NCBI GenBank assembly: GCA_963664115.2
Contig: CAXWPJ010000010.1
Span: forward strand, 256,001-320,000
Direction: 5' to 3'
DNA from: Terriglobia bacterium
GTDB lineage: Bacteria > Acidobacteriota > Terriglobia > 20CM-2-55-15
DNA: 64,000 nucleotides
Shown: in pieces, positions 59,876-64,000 of the stretch
How positions within the stretch are numbered: the stretch's first letter is position 1
Layout of the letters: each line of letters begins with the position of its first letter
The notes under the pieces: model-generated
The model's input: the letters and a program-made list of their open reading frames with translations, nothing else
Database searches by the model: none
Told to the model about the DNA's origin: nothing
Position numbers and translations under genes: made by a program

Positions 59876-60773
59876 ATTCGATGTTTTGGACTTGTTCGCG
59901 GAGCTTGTCGATTTCGACTTTAATCTCGATCGCGGCCTCGCCAATGCTGATTCCCGACTGGTTCAAACCCGAGGTCTTCGACAAAATGGTGGTCGCCTCG
60001 CGATTCATCTCCTGCAAAAGAAAGTCCAGCCTCTTGCCGGCCTCGGCCTTGCGCGACGTGATTTCACTGAAATGGTCCAGGTGGCTCGCTAAACGCGTAA
60101 TTTCTTCAGCAATATCGCTCTTTTCGGCATGGATGAGAGCCTCAATTTCGAGTCGATTGCTATCCACGTTCAGGTTCGGTGCCAGCTCCGCGACCCGGCT
60201 TGTCAGAAGCTCCCGGTAATGCTGGAGCAGCACTGTGGCACCCTGACGGATGGTCTCAAGGTGGCCGCGGATAGTCTCGATTCGCTGCTCCAAATCTTTG
60301 ACAAGCGCCTTTCCTTCTTTCTTGCGCATCTCCAATACCTGTTCGATGGCAGCCAGCGAAGCCTTTTCGAGATTCTGGGACACGGACAACTGCTCCTCGG
60401 AAGCCAAATTATTACTGGACACTGTAATGGCGCCTGGCAACTTGGATATGGCCTCCAGGGTCAAGTCTCCGGTGATAGGAAAACGGTGTTGGAGTTCTCG
60501 GACGAGCTCGATGTAGGACTCGATGAGTGCCGGATCGGCCTCAATCTTCACACCCTCTGTCGTCAACTCGATCTTCACGAAGATGTCCACGCGTCCGCGG
60601 CGCAACTTGCCCGATACGGTTTTTCTTACGACAGGCTCCAAACTTTGAAACTCAGCCGGCAGTCGTATATGAAGGTCCAGATGGCGATGGTTAACCGTCT
60701 TGGCGTCCACAGAAATGGTCAGGTTCGGGACTTCAGCGCGGCCCGAGCCGAACCCGGTCATGCTCAATATCAT
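59874..60773 (-). CDS. yicC: YicC/YloC family endoribonuclease
   Basis: SMTGFG, VNHR.LD, RRGRVD, DIAEEITRL.SH, GKRLDFLLQEMNRE, REQVQNIE. Confidence 0.93.
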   Translation of the reverse strand: MILSMTGFGSGRAEVPNLTISVDAKTVNHRHLDLHIRLPAEFQSLEPVVRKTVSGKLRRGRVDIFVKIELTTEGVKIEADPALIESYIELVRELQHRFPITGDLTLEAISKLPGAITVSSNNLASEEQLSVSQNLEKASLAAIEQVLEMRKKEGKALVKDLEQRIETIRGHLETIRQGATVLLQHYRELLTSRVAELAPNLNVDSNRLEIEALIHAEKSDIAEEITRLASHLDHFSEITSRKAEAGKRLDFLLQEMNREATTILSKTSGLNQSGISIGEAAIEIKVEIDKLREQVQNIE

Positions 60774-62557
60774 GAAGGTACATCCTCAAATTGGAGTTGG
60801 TGAAGCTTCCAGTACAGCCCACGGCGTAAGATCAATTCGTCATGGGTTCCCTGCTCGACGACACGGCCATCGGAAAGCGCAAGGATGCGGTCTGCATGCC
60901 TCACCGTGGAGAGGCGGTGGGCGATGACAATCGTTGTCCGGCCCTCCATGAGGTTAGCCAGAGCGCGTTGAACGAGCGCCTCCGACTCGGTATCGAGCGA
61001 AGACGTTGCCTCGTCAAGAATCAGAATCGGCGCATTTTTGAGCAGCGCACGAGCGATGGAAATACGTTGGCGCTCTCCACCGGAGAGCCGCAATCCCCTC
61101 TCTCCGATGACGGTCTCGTATCCTTCAGGCAAACCGGATACAAAATCATCGACAAGAGCGGCACGCGCTGCCGACCGCATGTCCTCTTCAGTGGCCTTCG
61201 GGTTACCATAAGCGATGTTGGTTCGAATCGTATCGTTGAAAAGAATGACATCCTGAGTCACCATGGCGATCTTGTCGCGAAGAGAGCGCAACTTGAATCC
61301 ACGGACATCGGCCCCATCAATCTCAACGCTACCATCGCTGACATCGTAAAAGCGCGGCAGCAGGTTCACCAGCGTTGTTTTTCCGACACCGCTGGGGCCC
61401 ACCAGGGCCAATACCTCCCCGGCCAAAAGAGTGAATGAGATACCGTTAAGAATCGTTTCTCCGGATGAGTACTCGAAGCGGACTTCGCGGAATTCAATCG
61501 CATGGCGAAACTCATCCAGGTCCCGCTGTCCCGGATCGGGCTCCACATCCGAGCGCAGAATCTCGAACAGCTTTTCCGAAGCCCCTATGGCTTGCTGAAA
61601 GGAATTATTGATGCCGCTCATTCTGCGGATAGGGTCATACAATTTGATGACCGCAATAATGAAAGCCAGGAACAAGCCAACGCTCATCCGTCCGGCTTGA
61701 ATCTCGTTTCGAGCGTATAGCAAGAGCCCCACAACCACGAAAATCCCCAGGATTTCCATCAGGGGGGACGAGAGCGCCCACGTCAACCGTTGCCGGATGC
61801 TCAAGCGAAACACCCGGTTTGCAGCCCCCCGGAACTTGGCTAGCTCCGCCGCCTCCATCGTGAAGATTTTTACGATGCGGTTTCCTGAAAATGTCTCGAA
61901 CAGGATATTGGCCATGCCGGCCATTTCCTCCTGGGTGGAGTGGCTCAAGCGCCTCAAACGTCTGCCAAACCATACCGCCGGGTATAAAACCAAGGGCACC
62001 AGAATCAGGGAGCTGATCGCCAGTCTCCAGTCAATCAGGAAGATTGCTGCGAGAAGAAACAGAAGGATGGCCGCTTGCTTCAGGAACTCGGCCAGGGTCT
62101 CCGAGACCGCGCTCTGCACTTTTTCCACGTCAGCAGAAACACGGGAAATCAGTTCTCCCGTCGGATATCGTGCAAAGAACGCTATAGGTTGGGACACGAT
62201 GGAGCTATAGACATCGGTTCGAAGATCCCGGACAACAGATTGCCCGAGGTACGCGGTAGCGGCAATGGAACCATATTCCGCGATGGCTTTCAGAATCGTG
62301 ACAAGCACGAGAGCCGCGAGCAACCAGATCCCGTACTGCTGTGGAATATTCAGCGGGATGTCGAAAAACGGCGTAACCAATGGCGGTGTCTCGGATTGCA
62401 CCAGGACCGTGTCGAACACCATGCCGATCAGGAAGGGCGACACCGCTTCAAGAATACCGACCACGCCAACAAACAGAAGCGCAATGACCAGCGTCCAGGC
62501 GTAAGGCCTCAAGTATTTTCGAAGTTCGGGCAGTGCGGACTGTGCGGTCTCACTCAC
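60770..62557 (-). CDS. MsbA-like ABC exporter (fused TMD-NBD)
   Basis: Six TMs, GPSGVGKT, LSGGERQR, ILDEATSSLD, IAHRLST. Confidence 0.92.
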   Translation of the reverse strand: MSETAQSALPELRKYLRPYAWTLVIALLFVGVVGILEAVSPFLIGMVFDTVLVQSETPPLVTPFFDIPLNIPQQYGIWLLAALVLVTILKAIAEYGSIAATAYLGQSVVRDLRTDVYSSIVSQPIAFFARYPTGELISRVSADVEKVQSAVSETLAEFLKQAAILLFLLAAIFLIDWRLAISSLILVPLVLYPAVWFGRRLRRLSHSTQEEMAGMANILFETFSGNRIVKIFTMEAAELAKFRGAANRVFRLSIRQRLTWALSSPLMEILGIFVVVGLLLYARNEIQAGRMSVGLFLAFIIAVIKLYDPIRRMSGINNSFQQAIGASEKLFEILRSDVEPDPGQRDLDEFRHAIEFREVRFEYSSGETILNGISFTLLAGEVLALVGPSGVGKTTLVNLLPRFYDVSDGSVEIDGADVRGFKLRSLRDKIAMVTQDVILFNDTIRTNIAYGNPKATEEDMRSAARAALVDDFVSGLPEGYETVIGERGLRLSGGERQRISIARALLKNAPILILDEATSSLDTESEALVQRALANLMEGRTTIVIAHRLSTVRHADRILALSDGRVVEQGTHDELILRRGLYWKLHQLQFEDVPS

Positions 62558-64000
62558 TGTTGCAATCGGTCTCCCAACACATCCCGAACGCGCTCTTCAA
62601 TCTTTAAGTGGCTCCGCAACTTCAAGAGTCCATCAGTGAGTTCACGCAGTTCGGCGAGCGAAACCGAACGAATGAAGTTCTTGATACGTCGATATGCTCC
62701 CATATTCACTGATAGAGCCGTAAACCCCATCCCGAGTAAAACCGCCGCCGGAAGAGGATCGGCTGCGATTTCCCCACACACCACGATAGGCTTTCCGGTG
62801 GGAGCAACCAGATCGTGCACTTGCTTCAACTGTCTCAGAACGGCGGGATGGAAAGGATTGTACAGTTCCAGACTCGACTGATCCATACGGTCAATCGCGA
62901 GTTGGTACTGAATCAGGTCGTTCGTTCCCAGACAAAAGAAATCCACTTCCGAAGCCATCAGATCACAGGTTTGTGCCGCCGCGGGAGTCTCAACCATCAC
63001 CCCGACGGGCACGGTTTCATCAAAGTCGATTCCCTTCTGAGTCAGTCTCCGACGGACGTCGGCGATGATGTGATTGGCTTCGGAAAGCTCGTCCAGAGTT
63101 GAAACAAACGGCAGGACGATCCGCGCGTGCCCATTCGGAGAGGAGCGGTAGATGGCTCGAAGCTGCCTACGGAACAGGGATCTGTTCTCCAGCAGGAACC
63201 GCAACCCCCGGGCACGGGACGCTGTAGAGGTGCCGTCCAGGCCCTCCCGCATACCCACATCGATCACCCGAATGTTGATGGGAAGGGTGCTTGCCTCCGA
63301 CAACACATAGGAGTAATCCTCGACCAACTTGTCTTCGGTGAGAGGAGTGCCCTCCCGGAAGAAGTCAAACTCAGTGCGATACAGACCAATGGCCTCACAT
63401 TCGTTGGCCACCACGGACTTCACATCGTCTTTGAAGTTGATGTTAGCGCCCAGCAGGATGGAAATTCTGTCCGTCGTCACACATGGCGCGTTGCTCACCC
63501 GGGCCAAGCTCTGCCGGGATTTTTCCTCCTGCTTGGCGCGTTCCCGATAGTCCTCCAGTGTTTCCTCTGACGGCGCACGTATCACCATGCCCTCGTCGCC
63601 GTCCACAATGATCAATTCTCCAGATATCAGACCCAGGAGCACATCAGCGACGCCGGTCACCGCAGGCACGTCCATCGATCGCGCCATGATCGCGGTATGG
63701 GACAGGGGACCGCCGATTTCGGAGACAAGCCCCACCAAGCGGGGCGATTTCAACTCGAGCAACGTTGACGGCGGTATGGCCCGCCCTACCAGGATGGTGT
63801 TATAGCGAAGCGACCGAAATGTCGGTGGCTGATACGAACGCAGGTTGAACATTAGACGACGGACAACATCCTCGAGGTCGCCACGTCGATCGCGAAGATA
63901 GTCGTCACGAACGCGGTCATAGGCTTCCAGAATCGTCCTGCTGACCGATTGAATCGCCCACTCCGCATTGATTTGATCGCTCTTGATCTTGTCGACTATT
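62554..64000 (-). CDS. ptsI: PEP-protein phosphotransferase, PTS enzyme I (5' end outside window)
   Basis: SHTAIMARS phospho-His, GLYRTEF, MVETPAA, GTNDLIQY, CGE. The frame continues upstream (DDYLRDRRGDLEDV). Confidence 0.9.
   Translation of the reverse strand, partial: IVDKIKSDQINAEWAIQSVSRTILEAYDRVRDDYLRDRRGDLEDVVRRLMFNLRSYQPPTFRSLRYNTILVGRAIPPSTLLELKSPRLVGLVSEIGGPLSHTAIMARSMDVPAVTGVADVLLGLISGELIIVDGDEGMVIRAPSEETLEDYRERAKQEEKSRQSLARVSNAPCVTTDRISILLGANINFKDDVKSVVANECEAIGLYRTEFDFFREGTPLTEDKLVEDYSYVLSEASTLPINIRVIDVGMREGLDGTSTASRARGLRFLLENRSLFRRQLRAIYRSSPNGHARIVLPFVSTLDELSEANHIIADVRRRLTQKGIDFDETVPVGVMVETPAAAQTCDLMASEVDFFCLGTNDLIQYQLAIDRMDQSSLELYNPFHPAVLRQLKQVHDLVAPTGKPIVVCGEIAADPLPAAVLLGMGFTALSVNMGAYRRIKNFIRSVSLAELRELTDGLLKLRSHLKIEERVRDVLGDRLQQ

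Overview
A 64-kb, GC-rich bacterial chromosome segment. The gene content (DUF6152 pair, large secreted beta-rich proteins, ACIII-type respiratory genes) suggests Acidobacteriota, but that is inference. The left ~30 kb is accessory and rich in mobile elements: a partial IS3 at the edge, a degenerate tRNA-Asn (possible att site), a decayed hicB-hicA pair, two near-identical 1,260-bp IS3 copies, a 175-bp MITE, an IS110/IS1111 remnant that keeps its 3' non-coding end, and a truncated IS1182-like transposase. Between these lie an Fe(III)-type ABC transporter, an octaheme cytochrome c, a Tat flavoprotein and a MoxR-DUF58-transglutaminase operon. The right part is more housekeeping: metK, an ACIII/Qrc-like operon, sahR-ahcY, lpdA, alkA-like, a GGDEF gene, and the ptsI-msbA-yicC-gmk-rpoZ-coaBC-udg-priA cluster. 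The strongest hidden signal is a secreted rhodanese whose catalytic Cys codon is an in-frame TGA followed by a SECIS-like hairpin, i.e. a probable selenoprotein that the ORF track cuts short. Also notable: a ~178-bp palindromic repeat bracketing the GGDEF gene, a leaderless sahR promoter with an overlapping 20-bp operator-like palindrome, and a K+ channel gene split by one in-frame stop. All calls come from motif reading by eye; no database searches were run.
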